Assembly: GCF_004010195.1 (NCBI RefSeq)
Contig: NC_057751.1
Span: forward strand, 8,090,137 to 8,154,136
From: Chiloscyllium plagiosum
Taxonomy: Eukaryota
Reading direction: 5' to 3'
DNA length: 64,000 nucleotides
Of the stretch, positions 1 through 12,590 are shown one piece after another; the first letter of the stretch is position 1, and every line of letters begins with the position of its first letter. The notes beneath the pieces are model-generated. The model worked only from the letters and a program-made list of their open reading frames with translations. It ran no database searches and was not told where the DNA came from. The translations under genes and the position numbers were made by a program.

Positions 1-483
1 CCCCCTATTAAGATTGATCAAAAATGCAAATTTCAACAACAGCTAGCTGTCGAATCTTCTCTTTATATCTTCCTCTGTCTTCTTTTCTTCTTCTTAGGGT
101 TTTCTGTTTCATTGCTTACTGATCAATAAAGGTACCATTAAGAGGGCTATATCTCGGGCAGTCTGTACATGCTGGTGGCTTGGCAGTTCTCCCTCAAATG
201 TTCAATTTTTCCAGGTCTTATACCCCAAAGCATCGGATTGTGTCATTGGCTTTTAATATTGTCAATAAATTAAATTCAAACTTGATTGGAGTCTGGCATT
301 TTTGGGGTATAATTTAAACTGATTGGCCTATTTTGAAGTTTTTTTTGGTCTCCAGGCAACCAACTACACAAGCTGCTGGACCACATGTTACATTGTGGCT
401 TGTTGAGAACACTTGGTGCTTTCAGGTTGTTCTGCTAGCTTTTAACTTTCTTAAAGATGCAGTACAGCCACATCTTCATAACA
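1..483 (-). mobile_element. Probable solo LTR, truncated by the window edge
   Basis: Ends in ...CATAACA (TGTTATG on minus), the same terminus type as the LTRs at 24154-24785 and 58332-58923; non-coding. Confidence 0.45.
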
Positions 484-502
484 GGTTTAATACGCATTTT
501 TA

Positions 503-1345
503 AGTGTCAGCTCAGTTGCTTCTGAATAACAAGGTTCTGGATGCACTGCCACTCCAAGGATTGAGCACAAAAATTGCGACCAGCTGTCATACTGAGGGAG
601 CGCTGCATTGTCAGGAGTGTGGTCTTTTCACTGTTACATGAAACCGAGGCAGCATCTGTCTGCTAGGGTGGACCAAACAAATCCCAGTGTACTATATTAA
701 AGAACAGTGAACCGTGCAGCAGATAAAAAGGCTCTCTGGCCCACCATCCCTGTGTGCTGACCGTGAAGCCATTGTAAATGAACACTGCCTGGCTGCACAT
801 GAACTGTTACTGTCTCTTCCTTGCCTGTCCACGTGTCGGTCGAAGTAGCTTTTAAACATGGCTATTGTCTCTGCTTCTGACACCTTTACCTGGCAGAACT
901 TTGCAGCCACTTCCCATCCTCTGTGTAAAAAAAAACCTTCCTCGCACATCTCCTTTGAATTTTCCCCCTGTTGCTTTAAATCTATGCCCCCTTAGTATTT
1001 GACATTTCCACTCTGGGGGAAAAAGACTTTATCCGTGCCTCTCATAATTCTATATACTTCTAACAGATCGCACCTCAGACTCCAACACTCCAGTGAAAGC
1101 AACCCAAGTTTGCCCAAAGTCTCTGAAGCACAGCAGGTGAGTTGTCTCCAGGATCTCTGCCAATCTCTGTCAACATCACAAAAAATCAAACAATCTGTCC
1201 TGGATCATACTGCTGTTTGAAGCATTGTGCAAAAGAAAAACGCTTCACTTACGACATTACCAGAGTGACCACATTTCAAAAAGTACTTCTTTGGGCACTT
1301 CGACACAGCATGACAAAACGTTATACAAATGGAAGCAATTCTTTA
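503..1345 (+). mobile_element. Old Deu-domain-like SINE (SacSINE1/AmnSINE type) split by a CR1 insertion
   Basis: 5' half 503-692 (actgagggagcgctgcattgtc...gtggac...atccca) and 3' half ~1130-1345 flank the CR1 piece; related decayed copies elsewhere in the window. Confidence 0.5.
700..1122 (-). mobile_element. CR1/HER1 LINE 3' fragment
   Basis: Minus ORF reads LGKLGLLSLECWSLRCDLLEVYRIMRG (CR1 ORF2 C-terminus), followed by the 3' UTR. Confidence 0.75.
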
Positions 1346-1767
1346 TAAATAGAGAAACGATTTGAGTCTTTACTTCAGTTCATTGACTGCACTGTTCAAT
1401 CCAAGATTTCAGCCCGCTTGCGCTTACATTGCCCTTTCCAAAAAAAATTAAGGTTCAGAATGAGGTTAGAAGCAATTCATAAAACTGACGTCAGTGGGAA
1501 TTTCAAAGAGGATCACATTTGACTCATTCTTGGTTCAACCAATTTACCTTTGCTAAACCAACAAATAGGGAGCTGCAGTTGAATGCTTCAGTCCCTGGAT
1601 CAGAGAGAAGGAAGTCAACAATGTAGATTGTTCCCCACTTCACAATGAGCGAGGACAGACCAGTATCACATCGAGAAGGCTCCGAGGTTAAAATGTAAAG
1701 TGCATTGTTTTACTATGACGTTATGTACGATTATAGAACCACCATGGAATCACAGAATAGTTACATA

Positions 1768-1880
1768 TGCTAAATTACCCCTAGTGTAAATGTAGGGGTA
1801 TGGGTGGGTTGCGCTTCGGCGGGTCAGTGTGGACTTGTTGGGCCGAAGGGCCTGTTTCCACACTGTAATGTAATCTAAAA
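1768..1880 (+). mobile_element. HE1/V-SINE 3' fragment
   Basis: gtggacttgttgggccgaagggcctgtttccacactgt tail shared with the full copies. Confidence 0.8.
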
Positions 1881-3256
1881 AATAACCGTTCCACCCATCC
1901 CCTTGAGCAAGTTCTTGGGAGGAGCAGTTCACCCATGCCACTGTGCTGCCTTCTCCACCCTACCCCAGTCCCGCACATTCTTCATTTTCAGCTTACAGCC
2001 CATCTCAAGTACCTTGACCGAACCTGACCCCCATCTCTCATGCTCAGCCATTCCAGGGAAGATCAAATATACCTGGAAAACATTCATTTCCACCACTTCC
2101 TCATGAATTCTCTCTGTCCAAAGGCTTCAGACTTGCACCAACAGCCATCCCAATGAGAGACAAAGGTGTTGCCAAATGCTCTTCGAGTTCCAGGTGTGCC
2201 CAGGTTGCTGTTTACCTTATCTCGGAACAAGACAGAGCTGCGTCTAGCTCTAAGTCTTCATTCACATAACATCACAGAAGTCACCCCTTGGCATTTGTAA
2301 CATTCCAGATCCCTTTCAGAACAATCCCAGTCTGGTGTCAGATTTGAACTCTCCAACTTCATCCACCCAGGCTTAACCAACCAAACAAAGCAAACGAGGA
2401 TCAGTTAACAAAGCAGAACAATAATCAGACCTAAGAAGGATATAGATATTTGCAAGTGGGCTGTTGGATGGTCAAGAAAGATCTCTTGATTGTGGGGATT
2501 GCTCTATAAGGAGACGCTGACATATTGGCTGATATTCCCTGAAGTTTAAAACAATGAGAGTTAATCCCATAAACATATACAATCTTTGAATGGTTTAATA
2601 GGGACTGGGGAAGATGGTTGTCTTGGTTAGAAGGTCTTTAAATTGGAGCCATATTCTTCAAGGAAGAAGTCTGCTCCTTGGGAAAGAGATGAGGAGAGCT
2701 ACAATTTAATCGGTGAGTTCTGCAATTTCAGAGAGTGATGGATGTTGAGTCTTCAATTGGTGAACTGAAGGATCTAGGAGTGGTGGAGGAAGTTGGAGCT
2801 GAGATGGATGATCTACCATTCAATGTTAGATGCAGCAGGTTCAAATGTCCTAAGTGGCCATCCCTCTGCCTGTGTAATTATGTATTTCAGTTCAAATTCA
2901 TTTTTTTTCGTTGCTTGTTCTTTTATCTGAATCATTTTCATTCTATCTCTTGTTGATTTTGGAGGTCAAACACTCCCATTTTCCAAGCTGGGAGTGAACA
3001 TCCTCTACTATAACTGCAGGATCTACAGCTATGGTAGAATGCTTTTACTCCTGTTCAGGCTGCTGAATTGACCTTGAAAAGGTGGCAGTGAGTTACCATC
3101 TTGAACTGTAGGGATACCATCACTGTAGTCCATGTGCTGTCGGGAGACCTTTAGGAAGGAAATTCCAGGATTTTGACCCAGAGACACTTAAGGAATGACA
3201 ATATATTTCCAATTCAGAAAGGTGAGTGGCTTGGAGGAGATCTTGCAGGTAGTGGT

Positions 3257-3491
3257 TGAAATAACTCCACAAAGGCCATTATCCTGTCATGAAGTCACCC
3301 TTTATTTACATGTGCGTAACGTATGACACTGACCCAGCTAGCTCAGAGCCAGCTCTCAGAGTGAACAGAACCCCAGACTTTCGTGTTTCTGTCTGTCAGC
3401 CAGGGCTGCCTGATTGGACCAAATTAACAGCCCCAACCAGGGAACTCAGATTCCATAAACCCACCAAGCTGACCTTGTTCCAGTTGCTAGA
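3257..3491 (-). mobile_element. ~235 bp solo LTR (family L1), inserted in an older LINE fragment spanning ~3060-3675
   Basis: Family termini TGTAG...TTTCA, internal AATAAA; flanks gtggt/gtggc; homologous to copies at 38176, 42976, 50972 and 60606. Confidence 0.6.
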
Positions 3492-3880
3492 GTGGCGTTT
3501 CCAAGTATCTACTGCCCAGGGTCATGGCTTTACAAGGTGCCGTCTGAAGACCTTTGACAAATTTCTCTAGTGCATCTTGCTGCTACAGGGTGTGGGCAGT
3601 GCAATGTCCGGATGCTTGTGGATGCGGTGCCAATCGAGCGGGCTGCTTTTTCCTGGGTGATGCCGAGGTTCTAAGGGAGCATATGAGTCACAAGGAAGAA
3701 CGCCACCATAATTGACTGCACCCTGCAATCTCTGTTGCTGCAGGCGCAAAGTAAGATTGGCTCCCTGCAGAAGGCAACAGCATGATGTTGTTCTTAATCA
3801 CTTAGCAGTCAGCTCAGACTGTTACCTGTGGAGTCTTGAAACAGATTACCTCATTTCAAATCAACCCTATCTCTGATTCT

Positions 3881-3992
3881 GAAATAACAAAAAAAAAACA
3901 GAGTACAGTGGAAGTGCACAACAGATCTATCGCCTTTTCCAAAAACAGGAGAGACAGATTAATGCTTTGGTTGCAGATCCTTCATCAGAATC
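3881..3992 (-). mobile_element. Decayed PLE pseudo-LTR arm with degenerate hammerhead
   Basis: Minus strand ctgatgaaggatctgcaaccaaagcattaa; GAAA core is mutated. Confidence 0.4.
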
Positions 3993-4383
3993 TTAGTCTT
4001 CAGGTTCCATTAGATGTATTCTGCATTACCAGGATTTTGTAATTGCTCAACCCAAACTCAGTCTTTTTAAGAGAACACGGTTGTTTGGTTCCTCCAACCT
4101 GGCAACAGTCCATGTTATATCTGCTGGCATCATGTTATATCTCCATCACAGTTAGGACAAAGAATGATTACTGATACCATTTCGTGGATATGCCTTGCAC
4201 ACAAATATAGGTTGGGGTAATTAATTGACATCACCTTTAGCTTTAGAGCTCCATCAATTTAAAAGTGATTTGCTCTCTTGGCAGACTGAGGTTATCCCTC
4301 CTATTTCTTCAGGAGTTCACCCAAAGCAACACAGGGGGCAGACCAATGACAATAAAAACTGAAAGAAATCTGGATGCTGTAAA

Positions 4384-4690
4384 GCAATTTCTTCAGCGCA
4401 TTGTGTTTATGAACAAGAAATTAACATTGGAATCAAAAACAGAAATTTCTGGAAAAACTCAGCAAGTCTGGCAGCAAGTGTGGAGAGAAATCAACATTAA
4501 TCTTTCGAGTCCATTGACCCTCCCTCAGATCTGGACTGAACAGTTCTGAGGAAGGGTTACTCAACCTGAAACATTAGTTTAGATTTCTCTCCACAGATGT
4601 TGCCAGACCTGCTGAGCTTTTCCAGCTATTTCTGTTTTTGAAACCAATATTAATTTCTTGTTCAAAACCACAATGTGCTACAAATATTGC
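4384..4690. mobile_element. PLE-derived foldback (family C) with two back-to-back hammerhead motifs
   Basis: Imperfect inverted arms ~4384-4530 and ~4543-4690; plus ctgagga-agggttactcaacct-gaaacatta at 4546-4576; minus ctgaggg-agggtcaatggactc-gaaagatta from 4528. Confidence 0.75.
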
Positions 4691-4989
4691 TTCTCCAGCA
4701 CTTTCTGTTTCTGTTTTCATTTCAAATTTCCAGCAACCGCAGTTCTCTGTTTTATTTTTATGTTAATTTCTTGCTGCTAGTCTTGGCACTGCCAGTTGCT
4801 GTGAGCACAGAGCACAGTCTCATCTTTATACTTCCACATCTTACATCTGCCAAAATTAACTGCAAGAGGACTTATGTGACTCCTACAATTATTGCACTTC
4901 ACTAATACAGCTCAGTATAGTCATAACTTTGACAACAAATTGAAATTGCTGGTTCCGGAGGGAAGATTTGGAATTGATGGAGTGTATTT

Positions 4990-5365
4990 CACAACCTTAA
5001 GTAACCCCAAAGAGTTTTGCAGCCAATGGTGTACTTCAGAAGTTACAGAAATGTAGGCAACATGACAGTTAATTTACAAACAGCAAGTCCCCAGAAGAGC
5101 AACGTGATAATGATGAAAGAAGCAATTTTAGTGATGGTGTTTCAGGGATAACTATTGGCCTGTCTACTCATAAAGGGAGATATCCTTTGCTCTCCTTGGA
5201 AGACAGTGACGTGAGATCTTTCTCATCCACTGGAGAGACCAGACAGTCAAAATTTTGATGCTAGCACCCCAACCAAAATGCAACCCTTCTGACAGTGCAG
5301 CACTCCCCCAGCCTTGCCAACTGAGTTTCAGCAGAGGTGTCTGTGCTTGGGTCTGGAGTGTGGAT
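4990..5365 (-). mobile_element. Old Deu-domain-like SINE
   Basis: gacagtgcagcactccc and gatct...atccac motifs antisense to the 503-1345 copy. Confidence 0.45.
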
Positions 5366-5481
5366 AGAAGTATGAGTTCGGTCCTGATTTTTGCTGAAAC
5401 AGATTTGAGTGTCCAATGCTTTTTTAAAAAAAATTGTTCAAGGAATGTTAGTGTCACTGACCAGGTCAATATTTATTGCCC

Positions 5482-5633
5482 GGAGAAAGTGAGGGCTGCA
5501 GATGCTGGAGATCAGAGCTGAAAATGTGTTGCTGGAAAAGCAACCTGAAGAAGGGCTCATGCCTGAAACGTCGATTCTCCTGTTCCTTGGATGCTGCCTG
5601 ACCTGCTGCGCTTTTCCAGCAACACATTTTCAG
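5482..5633 (+). mobile_element. PLE pseudo-LTR foldback (family A) with 15-bp TSD
   Basis: TSD caatatttattgccc at 5467-5481 and 5634-5648; inverted arms 5517-5541 and 5610-5634. Confidence 0.85.
5545..5572 (+). ncRNA. Minimal type I hammerhead ribozyme motif
   Basis: CUGAAGA-A-GGGC UCAU GCCU-GAAAC-GUC. Confidence 0.7.
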
Positions 5634-7519
5634 CAATATTTATTGCCCATCTTTCATCATCCAGAAAGCAGTTTAGAGTCAACCACATTGCTGTGGGTCT
5701 GGAGTCACATGGAGACCAGACCAGGTACAGATGGCAGATTCCCTTCGCTCAATGGCACGAGTGAACCAGATGAGGTTTTCTTTTACGACAAACAACAATG
5801 GTCCGTATTCCAGATTTCTATTGAATTCAAATTGCTCCATCTGTGGCTGTGGGATGTGAACCCATGCCTCCACAATGTTCCCATTCCTGCTCCTACTTCC
5901 AATGTTCCTATGAGTAGGACTTGAAGCCACCATCACACAATGATTTTCATTGACATTGGTCCTAAGGACTACTCCTAATGTGTGTTGCCCCTTTAACAAG
6001 AGGGTAGAGATGGTGGTCCAAGTTGGGCACAAAAAGCGGCCTGATACTTTTGAAGTCCTGTGCCATCTCAGCCAAGGAGGGAAAGCGATGGAGCAATTCG
6101 CCAGCCAGCTCTCAGCCGTCTGAGATCTCTTCTCTGGATACACCCAGCACGTCTACAGAGGTTTCACTCCTGGCTTGAATCGTGGGGCATGCTGCATGGT
6201 CTCGTCATCAGATGGTTGTCGGCTTTGGAGAACCACCAACGAGGCAGGAAGTCAGACACACGGCAGCTTCAGATGCCCCGCACTGTTTATTAGGGAGACA
6301 GGAGGAGTGAGCAAGATCATAATTTCCCCTTCATCATGCTGGACAGTGGGACTGTCTATAAGAAGGGACTCTCACCGCAAATTCATTTTCCATTCATTAG
6401 ATGATGCTGAGGTGCTCAAGCCATTGTGCAAAATTGAGTTTTAAAAACACAAGCCAAGCGACCCCAGAGGTTCGATCCTCATTTACAGCTCTGAAATCAG
6501 ACCCAGGCCCCAGCGCTCATTTTAATTTGACCCCGTTCTCAGAAGTCAAGAAACCGTGCGTGCAAAATCTGCCAACGCAGTTCCAGAGTGTTGAATCCCG
6601 TTCAACAAATCTGCAAAGAATATGCCGGCTTATTTGTGACAATACTGCGCCTTCAAGAGATGCGTTCTGTCCTGTTTCTCTTGCAGATGTGTTCTGTCAG
6701 AGTGGTGCCAAGGTGTGCCCTGTTTGGAGATAGTTTTGGGTTTCTCCCTGGGTGTTTACTTTTCAAGAGTAAGGCAAAATATCATGAATGTGGGGTCAGG
6801 CTCACACTGACCTTGAGAGCTTTGCTTTTGCTTTCAATTTGTTTTTGTCACTTAGTTGCTGGAGAAAACAGCGAGAATTCTCTCTGCTGCTCGATTGAAG
6901 GTTTAGACAGAGAGTTTTCCTCAGAGAAATAAGAAGGGGCAGATTGTTTCTTTCAGCATTTGTTTCTTTCTCTCGGACTTGAGAGAGACAACGCATGAGA
7001 GCAATTGCTGTTTTGCTGCATTGCATTTTTGCCAAATGTTGCACTGAAAGAATGCTGCCGATATTGTATCAGTGGATGATTAGTGGTTAAGTAGCACATT
7101 GTCTTGCTAAGTATTTCAATTGCATTAAAGTTATACTGACTCTTTGTTTTGTTGCATTTCAATTGCATTGCAAGAATAAAATATGTTTTCATTGAAACTT
7201 AGTGGTGGACCAATCAAATCATATCTGGAACACTGCACGTTACACTTGCCTTTAAAATAAAATGAAAATTAGGGTCTAGGCTATCTTCATAATATATTTT
7301 GGGGGAGGCCGGTCTCATCTCTAACATCAGTAACATATGAAGCAGTCAAAACTGTGCTCAGAACAGGTCCTGGAGGGAAGGAAATCTAGACTTTGCCCTG
7401 CCCTCCAAGTCTGTCTTCATATGTGACTCCGAGCTAACACAGCAGTAAGCACATAAGCAACAAGGCCAGGTGCATATTTCCAATTAATGTAGATGGTTCA
7501 CTTGCAAAATGTGGGTAGA

Positions 7520-7852
7520 CAATGGTCTCATGATATTCACCCGAAAGAATTAATCCAGAAACCCAGATAATGTTCTGGGATCCTCAGTCCAAATCCTATC
7601 ACAGGATATGTTGGAATTTGAAATCTGGAATTACTGCATGAGTTGAGTAACCATGAATCCATTGCTGATTGTCAGGAAAAATCCATTTGGTTCACTCATG
7701 TTTTTTTTTGGGAAAGAAACTGCCATCCTTACCTGGTCTGGCCAACATTTGACTCCAGACCCACAGCAATGTGACTGACACTTAACTGTCCTCTGGGCAA
7801 TTAGAGATGGGCAATAAATGCTAGGCAAGCCAGCAACACCCTCATCCTATGT
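7520..7852 (+). mobile_element. tRNA-headed SINE (family S2)
   Basis: Homologous to 10785-11125. Confidence 0.6.
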
Positions 7853-10784
7853 CAAAATAGGTAACAAAGGTCATTGGACTTCTCAAGGCTGCTCCACCAT
7901 AAACAGATCAATGGTTGGCCTGAACACCACCTTCCCACATCGCAAACTTGCCCCTCAATTTCCTTCATCTCCAAAAATCAAAAGATCTGAATACTGAATG
8001 GACTAAAGGACTGTGCATCCACAACTCCAAGTTTCTCAAACTTCTGAGTAAAGACGTCTTCCTCATCTTGTCCTCATTCACCAACTTGTTGTTCTTGGGC
8101 TGTGACCTCCCCATTCTTCATTCTCCAGCCAGGATAAGCTTCTGCTCAATTAGGGATTGTACATGTTTCAAGGAGGTTCATGTTTCAAGGAGGTTCTTCC
8201 ATCAATTTTCCAGACTCCAGAGATTCTAGTCTCCTTATTGTCTCTTCATAGGATCATTGTCTCGTTGAAGGAATTAATTGAGTCATTCAGCAATGTCTGT
8301 ACGCTAACAACAGATGTGAAAAAATGATGGAAATCAAAGAGAAAGAGGGTACAGCTGAATTTTCCAATGCACAGTAATGATACAATTCACATTTTAAAAA
8401 AAATATTAGCCAGTATCGCAACACTACGAATGCTGGATGGGGGATGCTTCCTGTTCAGTCAGATACCTTGGAGTTCATTTACAACACTGACTATTTACAA
8501 GGCTACCATATCACTGACTTACAAGCATAGTTTGGGTTACACACTTACTGTCATTATTATACTCTGTACACACACTCACACATACAATTGACTGCACAGA
8601 GACACAAATGGTTACTGATGACCAAGTAGATATGGTTATACCAGAACATGACATGCTATGATATCAGGTAGCTGTCTTTAACATATCGTCCCTGTCTGGT
8701 CCAGAACCTATGCCAAAAACACAAACCTAAGAAATTGGTAACAGTGTGCCACTCCACCCTTTAAATCCACAGTTGGACAGTGGTGAGTTGCTGCAAAAGA
8801 TCAAGGCAAGATTAAAGGATGATCCTTGATTTCGACACACTCAAAGGAAGGAAGAGTCCACGGTGGGAGGGGGGCAAGTTTCAAGAGAAGCAAAAGAGAT
8901 TTTAAAAAGGCACAATTAATTCACTGGAAGCGTGGATCAAGCAGATCACAGAAGGAATGCTTTTCAAAACTCTAGGAGCTGTTGGAGGCACATGAGACTG
9001 ACCAAATCATCACTGGCCAGTGGGAACAGCTCTGTCCAGAGAATGTCTTTTCACATCTTTGAGATCAAACTTAGGAGTTAAAAAAACATTCTGAGTCATC
9101 AGCCTTTTTTTTAGATCTCTCCCAAACTTTACTTCTCTTCCTGTCACCACTTTGATTGCAGAAAGTTAAGGTCTGCCACATTCCCTCATCTCCACCTCCT
9201 TTCTTTCTCTCCATATTCTTGTCTGGAGATAGCCGGTCTTAAATCATATGTAACTCACACTTGGTTATCTGCTGTGACACAAAAATGCCTCTCAAACCGC
9301 TCCACTCCATAATTCACTCCCTGACATCCATCATGCACTGAACACTGTCACTTAGATTCCAGTCTGTCAATCACTTGCAGGCATCTGTGATTCTCTCTGT
9401 ATAGTCTGTTATCCTCTCCTGAGTAATTCATTCCCGGTTATTCACTGGTTTAATAATAAACGAGGTGTCCATTATTCCTTCAATGGATCATCCGGACTGA
9501 CCCTGCTAAATTGTAGCCAATACCTCAATTCATTGTGTTTGTGACTTGATATCTAAACAATATGAATTCCCCACTTTGCAGCTCATAATGCTACCACTGT
9601 GCATGAAGTCATTTCTCATATCTACACTACTGCAGTACGGTTCAACTCATTCCAACCTACTAATCCTTCGTGGAATGAGTCGCTGTACATAGCTTGACAA
9701 CTGAAGGAACTGTGGGGGCAGGAAATAAAATTAAAGATTCTGTTGAAATGCTTAATTCAACATAGCACCAAAAAGAAAACAGCTTTATTTAAAACCCCTT
9801 AAGGCATAGTACTGGATAGATGATTCGAGATAACTAATTAAATGTCACGTTCAGTAGATTAAGCTGATGGGAATCTAAATTTTCTCATTATGCTTTATAT
9901 TTGTCTTGGGATCCTGGTGGCTGTGCTAAGGTTTCATTGATCGCCCACGCCCTCAGCGCTTCGAGAAGCAAGGTGTGGGCTATTTTCTTAAACTCGTTCT
10001 GTTCTTGTGTGATGGGGCCGAACTGCGCATTTCAAGTCAGCAACCTTTAACCTCGTCGTGACAAACAAGGTGATATCCAAGTCAGGGATGGCGTGTGTTT
10101 CCAAAAAAAGACCACGGCATGAGCAGATAATTTTATGACAATGTAAATTTTGAGGCAACAGAACACAGCAGAGAGAAAGGTGGAGTGCAGACTTGAGAAT
10201 AAGACCGTACCGGTGTTGAACATGATGTATAACAGCGTGCAACTAATGAGCTTACAGTGTTACAAAGAGTCAGAGTGCCTTATTTTAATTTGAGGACAAG
10301 CTAGGGATTCAAGGGACATGGATCAATAATAGCCAAGTGGTGCATGCCCTGAAGAAACAAGAAAGGGTTAAATCCATGAAGAGGTAACTGGTACATGAGT
10401 TTGTGATAAACTTGACTTGCCGGTAGCATTGTGAAGCATGCTTGCCACAGAATTAGCAAAATATCAACAGGGGTAGGCCACGCAGACTGATGAGACTGCT
10501 CTGCCATTCAATCAGATCGGGTGTCAATGCCATTTTTCCATGCTGTCAGCATATCCCTTGGTGTCTGAACTCTCCAGAAATCTACTCATTTCTGTAAGGA
10601 ACCCGCAGAATGACTGAATTTCCACAGCATGTTGGGGTACAGAGTTCCCAAGATTTGGCTCAATGTTCTCTCAAAGCGATGCGGAAACTCACAAAGACCA
10701 ATGAAGAAATGCTTTCTGTTCTTCCAACAGGGATGTTCGTGACCTTTGTGGCAGTTCACACAGGACATGAAACTTGCAACTGGG

Positions 10785-11125
10785 GAGGTGGTGCCATAGT
10801 GGTAATGTCACTGCGTGAGTATTCTGAAACCCAGGCAAATGCTCTGAGGACACGGGTCTAAATCCTGCCGTAGTACACGGTGAAATTTGAATTCAATGAA
10901 AATCTGTCTTAAATGGTGACCAAGCGTCGATTGTCATAAAAACCCAAATGGTTCACTAATATCCTATAGGAAAGGAATGCTACTGCCCTTATCTGGTCTT
11001 CCCGACATGTGAGCCCAGACCCACAGCAATGTGGTTGACTCTCAACCACCCACTGGGCAATCAAGGATGGGCGATAAATGCTGGACTGGCCAGTGACGTC
11101 CACATACTGTGAATAAATTTAAAAC
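10785..11125 (+). mobile_element. tRNA-headed SINE (family S2), near full length
   Basis: Box A-like tgccatagtgg and box B-like gggtctaaatcc; gacccacagcaatgtggttgactct body; A-rich end. Confidence 0.65.
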
Positions 11126-11507
11126 ACTGTCGTCCAAGTGACCATGGAGTGTTGCAGCAATGCGTGCATCTTGGCAGATGATGCTGCAACAAGGTATTCC
11201 TGACGGATAACAGTGCATGCTGGCAGATTCCCACCTATTCCGGCCGTGCTGTCCAGAATGATGGAGTGGCTTGCTGTTGAGCCCAGTGGTAGAGGCACCA
11301 ATCCTGTAATCAGTTCTGTCCTCGATTGTGCCACACATCTTGAGTGTCTCAAGACTTCATTCAAAAATAATGGCCCCTTATTGCCAAGATTTTTGAACTG
11401 TTGCAGTGACCGGGCTGTTGTTAATTCAAGTATTGTTGTCTCACAGTCCTCAACGTGAGCAAGCAAAGCTCATTGTGTTCAAAGGAACAAAAGCAAAGCA
11501 ACATCGT

Positions 11508-11808
11508 GGGTGGAACAGTGGCACAGTGGTTAGCACTGCTGCCTCACAGCGCCAGAGACTCGGGTTCAATTCCCGCCTCAGGCGACTGACTGTGTGGAGT
11601 TTGCACATTCTCCCTGTGTCTGCGTGGGTTTCCTCCGGGTGCTCCGGTTTCCTCTCACAGTCCAAAGATGTGCAGGTCAGGTGAATTGGCCATGCTAAAT
11701 TGCCCAGAGTGTTAGGTTAGGGGTATGGGTGGGTTGCGCTTCGGTGGGGCGGTGTGGACTTGTTGGGTCGAAGGGCCTGTTTCCACACTGTAAGTAATCT
11801 AATCTAAT
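11508..11808 (+). mobile_element. HE1/V-SINE
   Basis: tRNA head (tggcacagtgg, ggttcaattcc), V-domain (gtgtggagtttgcacattctcc...), CR1-like tail, (taatc)n. Confidence 0.9.
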
Positions 11809-12129
11809 TTCTTTTTGTCTGCCCTCAAACACTTCAATCAGAATTCATGCCTTAAGCAATAAAGCAAAGGTCAACAGCCTAGATAAATAGCTTTTGTCCA
11901 TTTAACCAATTGTGTGATCGACATGATGTCAACTGACAAAATTGTTTCCACAAATACAGGGATTTGATAAAATAGAAATGATTGCACTGAGGAGAGAGTG
12001 TAATTTCTGAAAGAGACCACATTTCTCCCAATCAACCAACCCCCACTTTAATGAAAGCACCCCCCTCATGCCTGGTTGAGGGGCTTGTTGGTTTTCCTCT
12101 CCAGCTTTGCGCATTTCTGGTTGCCACAC

Positions 12130-12590
12130 TATAGGAGGCTTTGGAGAGGGTGCCTATGAGGTTAACTAGGATGTTGCCTAGATTGGGGTGTATTAGCTGT
12201 CAGGAGAGGTTGGACAAACTTGCTCAAGTGTCAGAGGCTGAGGGGCAACCTGATACAAGTATACAAAATTATGAGAGGCTTGGACAGAGTTGATAGTCGG
12301 AGTCTTCTCAGAGTGGAAATGTCACTATGAGGGGGCGTAGGGTCAATGGAAGAGGGGCAAAGTTTAAAGGAGAGGTGCAGAGGAAGGCTTTATGCAGAAG
12401 GCAGCAGGTGCCTGGAATGCGCTACCCGGTAGAAGCAGATATGACAGCAACGTTTAAGAGGCATTTAGATGGACACATGAACAGTCGTAAAACAGAGGGA
12501 TATGGACTATGTGCAGGCAGATGGTATTGGTTTAGAGTGGCACTGTGGTCAGCAGAGACATGTTAGGCTGAAGGGCCTGTCGTGTTCCCC
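12130..12590 (+). mobile_element. CR1 LINE 3' fragment
   Basis: Decayed ORF2 C-terminus (ATFKRHLDGHMN) plus 3' UTR. Confidence 0.75.

Larger units (their letters stand above)
5425..5880 (-). mobile_element. tRNA-headed SINE (family S2), interrupted by a PLE foldback
   Basis: Reverse complement of the 10785-11125 copy (ccacattgctgtgggtctggagtcacat). Confidence 0.65.

Noticed and set aside
6200..9735. Minus-strand splice acceptors at 6283 and 9710
   Set aside because: Acceptor-like motifs occur often by chance; downstream frames are short and unrecognised
11119..11466. 115-aa minus-strand ORF in unique sequence
   Set aside because: No recognisable domain or splice context; length is within chance expectation
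11508..11580. tRNA genes at the SINE heads
   Set aside because: Only box A/B heads fused to V-domains; these are SINEs
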